64,000 bases of DNA from Antedon mediterranea (Eukaryota; Animalia; Echinodermata). A program made the translations under genes and the position numbers. The notes under the pieces were generated by a model. It was not told where the DNA came from and did no database searches. It was given only the letters and a program-made list of their open reading frames with translations. Location of the stretch: positions 24,411,432-24,475,431 of the forward strand of contig NC_092679.1 in the NCBI RefSeq assembly GCF_964355755.1, written 5' to 3'. How positions within the stretch are numbered: position 1 is the first letter of the stretch; every line of letters begins with the position of its first letter. Shown piece by piece: positions 38,046 to 51,900 of the stretch.

Positions 38046-40676
38046 AAATCACGAATTGTCCGGCGCACAGTACACTGTGAGCAAAGTTTTATTCGTGTCA
38101 GTTGGCTCAGCCGATAGTGTGCGCCGGGCTTTACTTCCAACCATTTTGTCACAAAATATCTCATTATATGCCTATACAAAATATAAATATATATATTCTG
38201 AAACATTTGAACAATAATTATTTCTCAGAGGTCAGTCGTTATCGAGATATAGCATATCAAGGACGAAGGTAAAAAATGGCATTTCCGGTAATTTATTGTC
38301 AGAATGTTTTATTAGAGTAAATATAAATAATTTATGTATATTCTCAGTATTTAGAGCCCTTTAGAACATGTTCTGAATATTTTGGTACCAGAAACATGTT
38401 AATAAACAAGTTAAAATGTCCATATCTTAAAAGATATGAACATTTTAACTTGTTTTTCGACTTTCCGGTCGAAATTCCCAATACTACCAATTTTTTATTT
38501 TTTTTAGTTAGATCTACTTTACTATTTAAGTTAGCTTTTAAGCTAATCTATGTCTGCTTGGGGTGGTTGTTCAATAAAAGGGATGCATGTTTTACAGGGT
38601 TAGCTTTTGAGCTGATCTATTGAACACTGAAAATGTCAATGACATTGGTCATTTATGATACTAGGGATCATGCTGAACATTTTACAGCATTTTTTAAAAG
38701 GTTAGCTGTTAAGCTGATCTAACTCATTTTTTGTGGGGCGAGGTGTTTGACAGTTTCTGGCGGGTACGATCCACCACTTAAAATGTCTGGCAATGGTCAT
38801 TCATGATAGTTATGAGTTTATTGAACATTTTCCCACCAGTTTTAGAGGATTAACTTTTAAGCTGATCTAGCTCAATGTTGGTCCTCCTGAAATGGGGGTC
38901 TGGCAGGCACCTCCCACCGCTAAAATTGTCTGGCAATGGTCATTCATTACATTTCGCTCTATGTCAAGTAATTTGCAAAAACTTTTCAGCCACACCCACC
39001 AAAATAAACGCGCCAGACTGTCAATTCCATACATTGATATGTACATAGATAATTGCCACATGCATAGAAATTGGTTAACTTTCCAATTAGGTTGACCCCT
39101 CTTGGCTCCTGATCTTTATATAAGTGAAAATGTAACAGTGGTATTAAGGTATTATAAAAGAAATATCTATACGAGATAACAAAACTGAGACAAGTCCAAA
39201 AGAAGTAAGAAAAAGGCGAGTAAATGTTAAAATTATTTCACTGAAAATGTGATTGAATAAATGTACCTTCAATTTAAGACGCTGTAATGTAGTTATTATT
39301 TATTTATCATTAAATTGCTTATAAACTCTTATGATTCTGTAATACGAGTTTCAGTACGGTAGTAAGTAAGGTAAGGTAGTCTAAGAAAATACATTCTTAC
39401 ATCAGTATGATTCATTACAGAAGGTAAAATACAATAAAGTTGATTATTTAAAAAAATGGGGTCTGTTTTGTTGCTTACAGGAGGTGGTCGTTTACTGAAG
39501 GTAAATACAATATATTCGATTGCCAAAAAATGAGGTCCGCGGTCGTTTACCTGTGGGTGGTCGTGTACCCGTGGGGTAATCACTGAAATATTAAAATTCT
39601 GATTTGTGATAAAAAAAAAAGAAATCCAGTCAAATGTGAACAATGAGTTGATAGGCCGCACACGTTATTTCAAACATTACAAGATTTGCATTATTAAAAC
39701 ATGTCAAAACTGACTTAACTTTTCAAATCGGTGACAAGATTGTATTATATATATTATACAGTATACTTTATTACAAGTTCAAATCACAATACGGTTAATG
39801 GAAACAAACAAACATACGTAGAATATCCAAGGCAACAATTTCAAAACAACTCACTCTGAGAACCGTATGTCCAACACATATAGAAAATCAAACTACAATA
39901 CTCAACACAGATCCCTCCATACAAATATTTGTTTGTGTTTCTTACACATCCAATAGCAGATAGTCCTAATTCGCAAATTACATGATGAACACAATAATTA
40001 AAAATTCGAAGGCAAACCCATTTTTAATAATAAATAATTACAAATCGCTGTTTCACAGCGCTATCAGACCAACAAACATTATTTAAACAGTTTACACCGA
40101 CAGACATAGAGTTGAAGCTGGTCCAAAATAAATTAATGGTGCTTGAGTAACAAATATAACTATATCTAAACCAGGGAGGTGAAAACATTATTTTTTCACC
40201 TCCCTGCCTAAACTATTACAACTTTAGTAATAAAAATGCATCGTGTTGTATCGTTAAAAGGCAAACAGTAGTTCATTGTTTATAATGAGTTTTTCTATTT
40301 AAAATGTCATAAAGAGAACACGTTTCCAATAGTCCTCCTTTAAACAATCAATACTTTAATGTGCATTATATAAATTATTCATGAATTTATAATGGGTATA
40401 GGAGGTACTGTCCGTTTTATGGTAACACGTGTAGATCATATTAGAATCACAATAGACAACATTTCACTAATCATTATGAACTTAAATCAATATGTCACCA
40501 TTTACTAATAATGTTTCAAAAAGTTACTACAGTGTGTATTACGTTTTAATAAGTATCAATTTTATATTACAAAAATTATTTTTGCCCTGCGCATTCGTTG
40601 GTTATACTTGGAACATGGAACAGATTAAAAAAAAAACATATTAACATCTGAATCTATACAGATTCTTTTTCAAATT

Positions 40677-41470
40677 AACAAGGCCAACAGCCATTAAGTC
40701 GCGTGCTACAATGCATAGTGATACCGGACCGACAGACAAACAGACCAACAGACAGACAGACCGACCGACATAGTGAACTATACTGACCGAAATTACTGAA
40801 CATGTTTAAAAATGTTGAAATGTTTAAAAACATTTATATTTTTTTAATTTACACGTGCGTAGCCTGTCACTTTTGACGTGCTCGTATAACGTAATTTCGA
40901 GTTGAAAAGTAAGTCAAGAAAACAGAAATCGGGCAAAAAGAGTGCGCAATAACATTTAACGTGCAGTGCGCGCGCAAAAATCTGCGCACTCATGGCAATT
41001 TTGTAAACGCTTAAAATTGCCTGAAACGTACTCTTATTTCATCGAAAATAAATTTTAAAAATTTTAAGCGCGCGTACGCATGCGTTACATGCGCTACGCA
41101 CGTAATTGTATTGCCATATGATGATTTATGCCCTGAAATTTATGAGTACCAAATTTTATTTAATTGTGATTCATGGTTGTTAAGATATGATTACAAACGT
41201 GATTTCGTTAAATCGTGCGTAGACCGCGTAATTTTTTATTGCGCACCGTGAAAACATAACCACAGCGATTCCTGGCCATAAGGAATATTCTGTGTGAAAA
41301 ATTGACTTAGCTAGATTAAACTGATATCAAGATAAGGTCATAAAGCGATAAAACGCATAGTGATACCGGACCGACAGACAGACAGACAGACCGACAGACA
41401 GACCGACAGACAGACAGACAGACCGACCGACCGACATAGTGAACTATAGAGTCGCTTCCACGCGACTAAT
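40677..41470 (-). mobile_element. HINE/DINE-1-like element inserted in the left palindrome arm
   Basis: Homologous to 10630-11241; the empty site is in the right arm at ~43350-43370; no clear TSD. Confidence 0.85.
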
Positions 41471-41729
41471 AATAATTTGTTTTACATAGTGGTTTTATTT
41501 AATGGAAATAAACTGCTGTAATTTTAAAATTATAATAGTTGTTAACAATTAAAAGTTCAATTTATATAGGCCTTATTATTTCTCAAAAACAAACAGTTTA
41601 CTTGAATGGCATGTGCTGATAGAACATTGATGTTGATAGTGTATAATGTAGTGCTATTAATAAGTTTACAGAACCTTGATAAGCCAAGAAAAATGTTGAT
41701 GGGAAAATGATAATTTTAAAGACACGTAC

Positions 41730-41849
41730 CTGCCTGCGTTGGTCAGTTTCATTACCGGGTGGCCTAGCGTCGATTACATGTGATAATGCTACTACTAAGA
41801 AGCTACATAATAGCCACAAAGTAGGTTTACTTGTTTCAAAAAGCTTCAT
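41730..41849 (-). other. Mirror copy of gene 3 signal-peptide exon (40 codons) with intact splice donor
   Basis: Same MKLFETSKPTLWLLCSFLVVALSHVIDARPPGNETDQRRQ|gtacgt as 42983-43102. Confidence 0.9.
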
Positions 41850-42054
41850 TTCTTAGACTAAAGTATAAACAAATTAAAATCCAGCGTAAGAAAAAAAAAT
41901 ATAATGTGCTGTATTAATACTAATAACTAATGTGCCACTACTACTAACAAACATTATATTGGTAGATGAGCATCACACTTACCTATATCAGCGATTTATT
42001 TCTCCGGCGCACGTTCTTCACTGAATTGAACAAATTTGAACGATTTTTGTTTCG

Positions 42055-42061
42055 TTTTATA
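42055..42061 (-). promoter_or_regulatory. Mirrored TATA box
   Basis: Reverse complement of TATAAAA at 42771-42777. Confidence 0.5.
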
Positions 42062-42770
42062 GTTTTCTTGAATGACACCTGGTGGTACATTGCCATCTGT
42101 CAAACCTGATTATATAGTATCGTCAACTAACAAGCATAATTTTAATTTAAACGAAATCACAAAATTTAATTATAATTGGTATAAATTAAATGTAGTTATC
42201 TCATTTAGAATTGTATTAATAATATTCGTAATTAAACGGGATAATGTGACGTGTTATTAATTATGAATGATGTCGTAAGTGAATGATAAATGTGCATGCA
42301 TGTCAAAAAGACATGCTTCTCAAAGTTTGGCAAAGGGTGTAAGGCCTAACAATATTGTTAAATAGGGTAATGTTAAATTATGTAATTTCAATTGTTATGT
42401 TTAGATGAAAATTAAATAATATATATATATATATTATTTAATTTTCATCTAAACATAACAATTGAAATTACTATTATTGTTAGGCCTTACACCCTTTGCC
42501 AAACTTTGAGAAGCATGTCTTTTTGACATGCATGCACATTTATCATTCACTTACGACATCATTCATAATTAATAACACGACGTCACATTATCCCGTTTAA
42601 TTACGAATATTATTAATACAATTCTAAATGAGATAACTACATTTAATTTATACCAATTATAATTAAATTTTGTGATTTCGTTTAAATTAAAATTATGCTT
42701 GTTAGTTGACGATACTATATAATCAGGTTTGACAGATGGCAATGTACCACCAGGTGTCATTCAAGAAAAC

Positions 42771-42974
42771 TATAAAACGAAACAAAAATCGTTCAAATTT
42801 GTTCAATTCAGTGAAGAACGTGCGCCGGAGAAATAAATCGCTGATATAGGTAAGTGTGATGCTCATCTACCAATATAATGTTTGTTAGTAGTAGTGGCAC
42901 ATTAGTTATTAGTATTAATACAGCACATTATATTTTTTTTTCTTACGCTGGATTTTAATTTGTTTATACTTTAG
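42771..42974 (+). promoter_or_regulatory. Putative gene 3 core promoter, 5'UTR exon and 5'UTR intron
   Basis: TATAAAA at 42771-42777, Inr-like TCAATT/TCAGT at 42803-42812, donor AG|GTAAGT at 42849/42850, acceptor CTTTAG| at 42974 eight nt before the ATG. Confidence 0.55.
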
Positions 42975-42982
42975 TCTAAGAA

Positions 42983-45900
42983 ATGAAGCTTTTTGAAACA
43001 AGTAAACCTACTTTGTGGCTATTATGTAGCTTCTTAGTAGTAGCATTATCACATGTAATCGACGCTAGGCCACCCGGTAATGAAACTGACCAACGCAGGC
43101 AGGTACGTGTCTTTAAAATTATCATTTTCCCATCAACATTTTTCTTGGCTTATCAAGGTTCTGTAAACTTATTAATAGCACTACATTACACACTATCAAC
43201 ATCAATGTTCTATCAGCACATGCCATTCAAGTAAACTGTTTGTTTTTGAGAAATAATAAGGCCTATATAAATTGAACTTTTAATGTTAACAACTATTATA
43301 ATTTTAAAATTACAGCAGTTTATTTCCATTAAATAAAACCACTATGTAAAACAAATTATTAATTTGAAAAAGAATCTGTATAGAATCAGATGTTAATATG
43401 TTTTTTTAAAATCTGTTCGAAGTTTAAAATACAAAAAAATAAAAAATAAATTTAAAATACAGATTTACTTTCTAAAATGTAATTGTTTAATATTCGCATT
43501 GCAAGAAAACAACTCTATGATGTTTTTTGTTGTTTTCCTACAACCAATCTACCAGATATGCTTATAACATGCGCTTCATGTAATCAATGCAGACTTTCTT
43601 GTTAAAGTAATTTCCACCCATTACATATTTTTATTTAGAATAAATTTGTTATTCAAGTTATCTAAAATACATATATAGTAGTATTAATGTATACGAACAT
43701 TTTTATGAGAAAAATAAATGTTGTTTTAGGCTTTAGGTGACGCGGTGGTAGTGGCAGCAGAAGAGGGCGTTGACATGCTGCTAACTGATGAACAGAAGGC
43801 ATCGAATAAGAAAGACGATGGAGGAAGTGGACGCGTTAAAAGAAAGAGTGACTATTATACGACATGGCCAAACTCACATGTTGTGTTTGAAATAGTTGAT
43901 ATAGGTAAAATAAATACTAATATTGATGTTAAAAGGTTTTTAATATTATTTTTTCATGTTAAGTACCGTGTTTCGTTTTATCAAACCATTGTCATTATGT
44001 TCGTTTACTCCAGACAGTAGCTTAATCCCGTTAGTATTGGAAGCCATAGATGATTGGTCTCGTTACACGTGCATTACATTTGAGGAGTACAATTACATTG
44101 ACCCAAACCAGCATCGTGTTCAATTTCTCAGTACTACATCAGGGTAAGTTAATTACTAAAGCGTGGTTCCCACTAGAACGTAACGCAGTGACGTAATTGA
44201 CGCAAAATGCCGTATTGCGTAATCACAAGTGGGAACCGCCAGTGCTGCAAACATTGCAGGTTTGATTTCACGCAGGCGGGGGCAAACACAATTATTGGAA
44301 GGGCATTTTTTTACGTTGCGTAGGTTGCGTTACGTTGCGTCGATAGTGGGAACCACGCTTGAGTATTACGTAACTATAAGACTACAGTTTGTTGTTTATT
44401 TTTAAATTATTAAGTTAAAGTTGTATTAATGTTTATTTGACAGATGTTACTCGTATGTGGGATACATAGGTGGTATACAAGGTATCTACTTAGCTGCTTC
44501 GGGTTGTTCGCATGTAAGTATCTTAAACGTATCAAGTGGGTGTCTCTCACGTGTATTCGTTCTCATACTTTGTTTTTATCAACAAATTAATAGTGCTTTT
44601 TGAATAGGCTTTCTAGTTTCATGTGGATAACTACATCAATAATGCAACAAGTTTCGACCTGTTTGTTTTGCCACAATTGTGAGTTCTAATATTAATATCC
44701 GATTCCTTGTTTTATAAAGAGCCTAATGTGAGTCCCCTAAGCGCTGTACTATTATTACTTATATTTTTGGATCAAACACACTCCCATAATGCAGCTAGTG
44801 ATAAGCGCAAAGTTATGTCTTTACATTACCTGGTAGGCCTACACGTGGATGGAGAGAGTAAAAGTGTCTTGCCCAGGGATACAAGCAATGCGATGAGCGT
44901 TGGATTCGAACCCACGATCCAACGCCCAGCAACACATGCGCCACTCAGGAGACTTACAATACAGCATATTCTTTTTTTTCTAATTGTACAGATAAGTGTA
45001 ATCTTACATGAAATAGGTCACACACTTGGACTACTACATGAGCAAACAAGAACAAACAGGGATGACTATTTAACCGTTATTGAAGAGAATGTACAAGGAA
45101 ACTATCTCTCGCAGTACGATATCGTGTATCATTCCGAAGACGAAACGATACCGTATGATTTTGGATCCATTATGCATTACAGCCAATGGGTAAGGACAAG
45201 GATTAGTATATTTATATTTATAACAACTTATAACCCATTTTACGTCTGAGTTTACACACAACGGAGTGCAATTTGTTCTTCTCTAGTTCTTAATTCACCT
45301 TTCTGTATATATTTCATATGTGATAAGTGTATACTTTAACACTGTAGGCATTTAGTAAGAATACATACAATCCAGATTACGCTACAATGGTAGCCCATGA
45401 TCCAATGAAACAAGACTCAATGGGGCAACACGGTAGACTCAGTCATCTCGACAAGTTATTTAGTAACAAGCATTACAGTTGCATGGGTAAGTTATTGGTT
45501 GTTGACATTCGTAAATTCATAGTTAATAGAAAGTATGAAAAATGCAAAATAGCAAATCAACGTTAAGTATTTTAACTAGCTTCTAATTTGCATAAATATA
45601 CATTTGTCCAGAAACAAAACTCATGGAAAAAATAATGTGCTATTTTGTCCATGTACCAATAAAGTAGAATACATAAATCCTTCCCACCCAAAAGCGTTTA
45701 TATCTATTATAACTACATTTCAAAATCAAAATACCACTCAAATAACTGTTTTTGTATATTTTCAACAATGATTTTTAACTACAAAAAACAAAACAAAAAT
45801 CAATCTAAACCTATATCGTACATATTATGGAAAACACTCCTGCAAACGTCAATCGATTGGAAGCCAAGATTCTTTTTTTTTCAACTGATACTAGAACATA

Positions 45901-48900
45901 AACCATTCACATAATAGTATACTATTGAATGATACTTTCTGTTATAATTATTTTTATTAAAATTAATTATCATGTTTAAATGATTATTGTTGTTTTTTTG
46001 ATAATTATTAATGTTATTACTCTTAGACCACTGCTCTGAGGCTGAACTAGATCAGCCGTGTCTATACGGTGGCTTCGTCGGTAAATACTGCACATGTGAG
46101 TGTCCTGAGGGCTTAGAAGGTCCTTATTGTGAAGTCATGACACCTTCTATTACTGAAGGTAAGTTAAGGACTGTAGGGGCAGACCTTTGATAACAAGTGG
46201 GTGGAATTCACCAACCAGTTGTTACCAGTGTTTAATCCTGACCTACACTGTCGTCAATCTTTAACTCCATTTCCTAAGCCTCAAATAAGTGTAGTGATAA
46301 ATAGTGTATACATTCGTAATTGGAGTTCCTTGATGTTGAAAGCTTAAGAAATACAAATAAACAGTAAAATAAAAAAAAACAAGATCATATGAGCAAAGTG
46401 GTCACAATTGACTTTTTGACCTGAACATAGACCGTAAAAATGTAAGAAAAGTATGTTTAACATAATATTTTCTCTAACAAATCCCCCGGCCAAATCTCCT
46501 TTCTTTCACTCACAGTAGTCTGCCATTTTGAAGAAGCTCCCTTTTGATACTTTAGTTTTATGTTACTTTTTTGTTTAAGATTGTGGAGGTCATTTTACCG
46601 AAGATAACGGTGAGATAACATCACCAAACTACCCTTCAAATTATCCAGTTTTGGTCAGCTGCAACTATCTAATCACGGTAACAATTATTGTTTTAATTGT
46701 TTAAATTAGACACAAGATTATTATTTTTTTTGTTACATTTTGATAATTAAATGTAGATACAGTTAAACAGAAAATTAAACATTTAAACATGTTTTTCTTC
46801 GTCATAGGCCCCCGAAGGCTACACCATTGAGCTAACATTTGATGATGATTTTTATATTGAGGATGAGACTTACTGTTACTGGGATCAGTTACTAATTCGA
46901 CATGACTCGCCTATGTACTATAACGCAGCAGCTAGGTAGGTAGTCGGTGTATTTCTGTTTTATGTTCTACTCAACAAACGCCGGCTTCAAGACTTCCTCT
47001 AAATATATGAATTGTTGTCGACTTTACTTAGTCCTACTGCAAAGACCTGAACACCGAGAGATGATCATTAGAATAGCGTCGTCATGATATGGTCACGCTC
47101 TGGAATGCATAATTTGTATAAATCACATATGGGAAGTACCACCATAATTATTTCAACAAGGTCTTCATGAGTGACTACTATTGATAAAGCACGTTTTTAG
47201 GTGGGCTTACTAATTCCATTTCTAAAATAACATTTTCATATCGATTTGGTTTATTTTTATTTTAAGATTCTGCGGAGATACGCTGGCAGGTGAGACTGTA
47301 ACATCTCTCAGTAATGTTATGTATGTTAATCTGTACTCAGATGACTATATAACTGAACATGGTTTCCGCGCAACATATACATTCGTAGGTAGGTCTCTCA
47401 CTGACCGCATTCAATTTTTACAAAAATGTATTCATTCTAAGATCACACATTTCTGAAATGATATGAGCTCTGAGAAAATCTGTCTATATCGGGTAAATGT
47501 AGTATTTAAAGATATAAGATATATTTTTACTATTGGTCAGGTTCCGAAGCAATAAAAAAAATTATTCTAATTTAGGCATATTTAAGTATATCGGCATTTT
47601 ATCTGCTTGTATTTGTTTTTTTTATAAAGTTTCAACCACACCCTTTTTAAATGTTAGTATATAGGCCTATTGTTATGTCTTAACACACTGTTAATGTTTT
47701 TTTAAATTAATTATTTTATGAATTAATTTATGAGTATAATTCTTAACAAAGGACTGTAAGGAAATAAATAAAGATTAATAAGAATATTAAATAAATGTTT
47801 ATAATGCAGTACAACACATTTTATTCTAATTAAAAAGATGGTACGTCACCAAGCCTAACGTGTCCGTCTGATCGTCTTCTTACCGTTGATGGCGCCAGTG
47901 CGATTGTCGAGTTCAATGCTCCGATTGTTGTTGATAATTCAAATGATGATCTGACGTCATCGTGTACACCGCCCTCTGGCAGCTCTTTCCCTGTTGGAAC
48001 CACACAAGTAACGTGTTCTGCTGTTGACTCTGACCAAAACACTGAAACGTGTACATTTGATGTAACAATACAAGGTGATTTCTTTTTACAAATTTTTAAT
48101 GAGATATTTCTAAGATAAATGAAACGTTGTTTAAAGGTATAACTAAGTTTAAAGTTTAAAATGTTGATTTGTAACGAAATGTTAACACAAGTTTTTGTGG
48201 TTGACATTTATTTTAGTTTTGTTAGAAAAAGACAGCACATCGCAAAATAATGTATATACAGTACATAAAGGTTTACAAGAACCAAAAGCATAAACTTATT
48301 GAAATAAAATCCTCCTACAAGGATTAAAAGAATGAATGAAGTTTGACTAAAAATTTGATCGAAAAAAAAACAACATATATTTACTTGAAAACAAGTGGAG
48401 TGGAGTTTTCGTATAAATCTAACCGTTTAATTTGTCTTTTTGTTATAAGTGAAATGTCTCTATCTACAGAAGTGAGTATCTTTATTAAATGGCCTATTCA
48501 AAGTGATTTTATTATTCTTTTTTTTTTTTGTTAATTGAAGTCACATACTCTCCAGACAAGCTTGTATCGACAGACGACGGTTACCAGGCCATTATTGTTA
48601 CGGGTAATGTTTTTATCATTTAAAAAATGTTCAATATTTGTATGATTATTACGTCAAATAACACTCTTGGCAACAACGTTTCACCTTTAATTAATAATTG
48701 TTATAACTGCCTTCTATCGTGAGGCTATCATGTATCCTTGAAGCGGTCTCTTTGACATTTACCATGATCCATCAACTTGGAATGATTACTATTTCTCAAT
48801 AAAATTATATAATCATAATATTCATGTACTGTAGATAACGAAGCCCCGCAATTAACGTGTGCGTCATCACTATCGGTAACGGTAGTAGAAGATGACCTGC

Positions 48901-51900
48901 CTTCTATCATCACCTTCAATGATCCCGCAGTGTCAGACAATTCTGGAGAAACTTTACAACCAACATGTTCCATTCCTTCCGGAAGTAGTTTTAACGTTGG
49001 TACTACTGTGGTAGACTGTGTAGCTGTGGATGCTTCTGGCAACCAGGGTTCCTGCAGCTTTGACGTCATTGTAGAAGGTGGCCTACGTTGTTCAATACGA
49101 ATGCCACGGTGCAATACATGTTGCACATATAACTGGTCAAAAAGATTGAATTTTAATTTGATTTTTAACATTCCATTTGTCATCATTGTGTAAAAATAAT
49201 GTTTTACCTTCTATTGTTTTTACTATTTATAAACTCTTAATACTTTCTTTAATCTAGACTTTTAAATGAATATATTTATAATATTTTTCAATATAAAAAA
49301 AATCCTCTTTTACAAACAAATATTGTATTATGTTTTCCTATTAATTGTTATTTTCAGTTGATTATTCCCCCGTGTTAACATGTCCATCAACTCAAATAAT
49401 ACCAATAACAAATGACGCAGAAGAAGTGATTGTGGATTACACGCCTGCTGGGGTTCAAGACTCGGAAGATCCTGGACTTACGGCCACTTGCCAACCACCA
49501 CCTTCCACTCTGTTTCCGCTAGGCAACACTACAGTGGTCTGTTCTGCAATTGATTCCATGAAAAACGTCGGAGAATGTCAATTTGATATCATTATCAAAG
49601 GTAATAACTGTTACATAAAAATAAAGGTATTCATCATCGTTCGCAAGCTTAACTGGAAACGGAGATAATTCTGATTATACTACTACAGCCAGTTCAGCGC
49701 CTACACAGATCAGTACACCTGTAGATGTTCCCCTACTATTTTTATTTATCTTTATATCTGAGAGTTATCATCAATGTCTTTTGTAAAAAATAGAAAAAAC
49801 GGCAATTACAATACACATACAGAATAAGCATAACAACACGTGATTTATGTATTTCAGTTGATTATCCCCCAAATCTCACATGCGGTTCGAATCATGAGTC
49901 ACCAACTGACGATGGGACATCAACGGCTAGCGTAGATTTCAAGTTAGCTTATGCGCATGACAAAGAGGATGGTGAACTTACTGCAATCTGCCAACCTCCG
50001 CCGTCAAGTTTGTTTCATATTGGCACTTCTCACGTGATCTGCTCTGCAACTGACTCCGTTGGTAATTCTGAACAATGCGGATTCAACATAACAATTCTAG
50101 GTAATACAACATACAATGGGTCTACACTCATGACATTTTTAGTACTATGTTTTACTTAAGTTATAATAATTCAATAAAGTATACATTTCACTATAATTTA
50201 TAATTTAGTGTCAATAGTACATTAACTGCAATATCCCATGAAAATATGCAATCTATGTTTTCGATGATGTCATTATGCAGATAACGAAGCACCAAAACTG
50301 ACCTGTTCATCTTTGGTTACCTTATTGACCAATCCTGGTGAAGCTACAGCTACGCTGCTTTACGATAACGCACTGGTCACTGATAATTCAGGAGAGGTAT
50401 TACAATCAGAGTGTACACCAGCTGTACCGGGGGTTCTGGGCATCGGAACGCATTCCGGATCATGTTTTGCTATCGATTCATCTAACAATCAAGGAACGTG
50501 TGATTTTCCAATCGAGGTTAAAGGTAAGGTAACAAAGATTACGCTAAAATAGTAAACAGTAGACCTATACATATATTTAAATAAGGTAAAATGAATATAA
50601 TAGTCTATTCTGTAATCTTGTTAGAATTCTTGTTTTGAATCGTTAACTCAGCTTTGAGTCAAATGTACAGTGAAATAGTGACTCTGGTTTGGACTACTGT
50701 CTTGTTGCTTTGCTATAATGTGCTGGCCCAGACCACATTACATGTTTAAAACTTGGCCTACAGTAGCTACATTTTGTACCTATTGAATATCAATGACGTG
50801 TGTGACGTAAATGAACATAACTGCAAGTTGCCTAACGACAAACGATAACAATTGATATTACAGACGGTAAATTGTCATGATAGTGGTGCCATCCGATATA
50901 TCCGGTTTTTTTTAAATGAAAAGTTTTAGTACTTTTAGAAACAATACTTAAAGTACAGTATTAGCAGAACATTCTAGTTAGACAATCTTCTGTTTTTCAA
51001 TCAATTTCAGATGAAGAAGATCCGGAAATCGTCTGTCCGGATTCGATAACCGTTGAGGCACCAGAGTCGGCAATATCAACAACTGTCAACTTCGACTTGC
51101 CGACTGTGCATGATAATTCAGCAACGAACATTATACCAACCTGTTCTTCTGAATCTGGAATGAACTTTTCGATAGGTGTTACCAAAATTGATTGTTTTGC
51201 AACAGACTCTTCAAATAATGAAAATGAGTGTACATTCGATATCACTGTTACAAGTTCAGGTATAGATAAAACCTTGACAGTAAAATGTAGCCTTATCTTA
51301 TAGCCCTTTCACATCACCTATATGAATTTCGAAAAGCGCACAAGAAACCTGGGAGGTCAATGGGAGGTCAACAGCGACGTTTTGTATGTGTGTGCGCACA
51401 AACCTGGGAGGTCAACAGCGGCGTTTTGTATGTGTATGCGCACAAACCTGGGAAGTCAACAGCGGCGTTTTGTATGTGTATGCGCACAAACCTGGGAGGT
51501 CAACAGCGGCGTTTTGTATGTGTATGCGCACAAACCTGGGAGGTCAACAGCGGCGTTTTGTATGTGTATGCGCACAAACCTGGGAGGTCAACAGCGGCGT
51601 TTTGTATGTGTGTGCGCACAAACCTGGGAGGTCAACAGCGGCGTTTTGTATGTGTGTGCGCACAAACCTGGGAGGTCAACAGCGGCGTTTTGTATGTGTG
51701 TGCGCACAAACCTGGGAGGTCAACAGCGGCGTTTTGTATGTGTATGCGCACAAACCTGGGAGGTCAACAGCGGCGTTTTGTATGTGTATGCGCACAAACC
51801 TGGGAGGTCAACAGCGGCGTTTTGTATGTGTATGCGCACAAACCTGGGAGGTCAACAGCGGCGTTTTGTATGTGTATGCGCACAAACCTGGGAGGTCAAC

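Larger units (their letters stand above)
28947..39115. mobile_element. Large DNA transposon with ~0.8-kb TIRs (superfamily uncertain, Academ- or Kolobok-like), host of a second nest
   Basis: 28947-29450 plus 34070-34350 is the inverted complement of ~38280-39115; AG...CT termini; TTAT on both flanks (28943-28946, 39116-39119). Confidence 0.75.
40618..43418. repeat. Large spacerless palindrome (~1-kb arms) centred on (AT)n at 42426/42427
   Basis: 41470-42426 is the near-identical reverse complement of 42427-43360; homology resumes at 40618-40676 / ~43360-43418 beyond a HINE insertion in the left arm. Confidence 0.97.

Noticed and set aside
42072-42760. Paired 62- and 63-aa ORFs (MTPGGTLPSV...)
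   Set aside because: Duplicated only because of the palindrome; antisense to the promoters and without protein features.
40618-43418. Palindrome as a pure assembly or read fold-back artefact
   Set aside because: The arms carry discrete differences, including a one-sided TE insertion with a clean empty site; an artefact is less likely but not excluded without reads.
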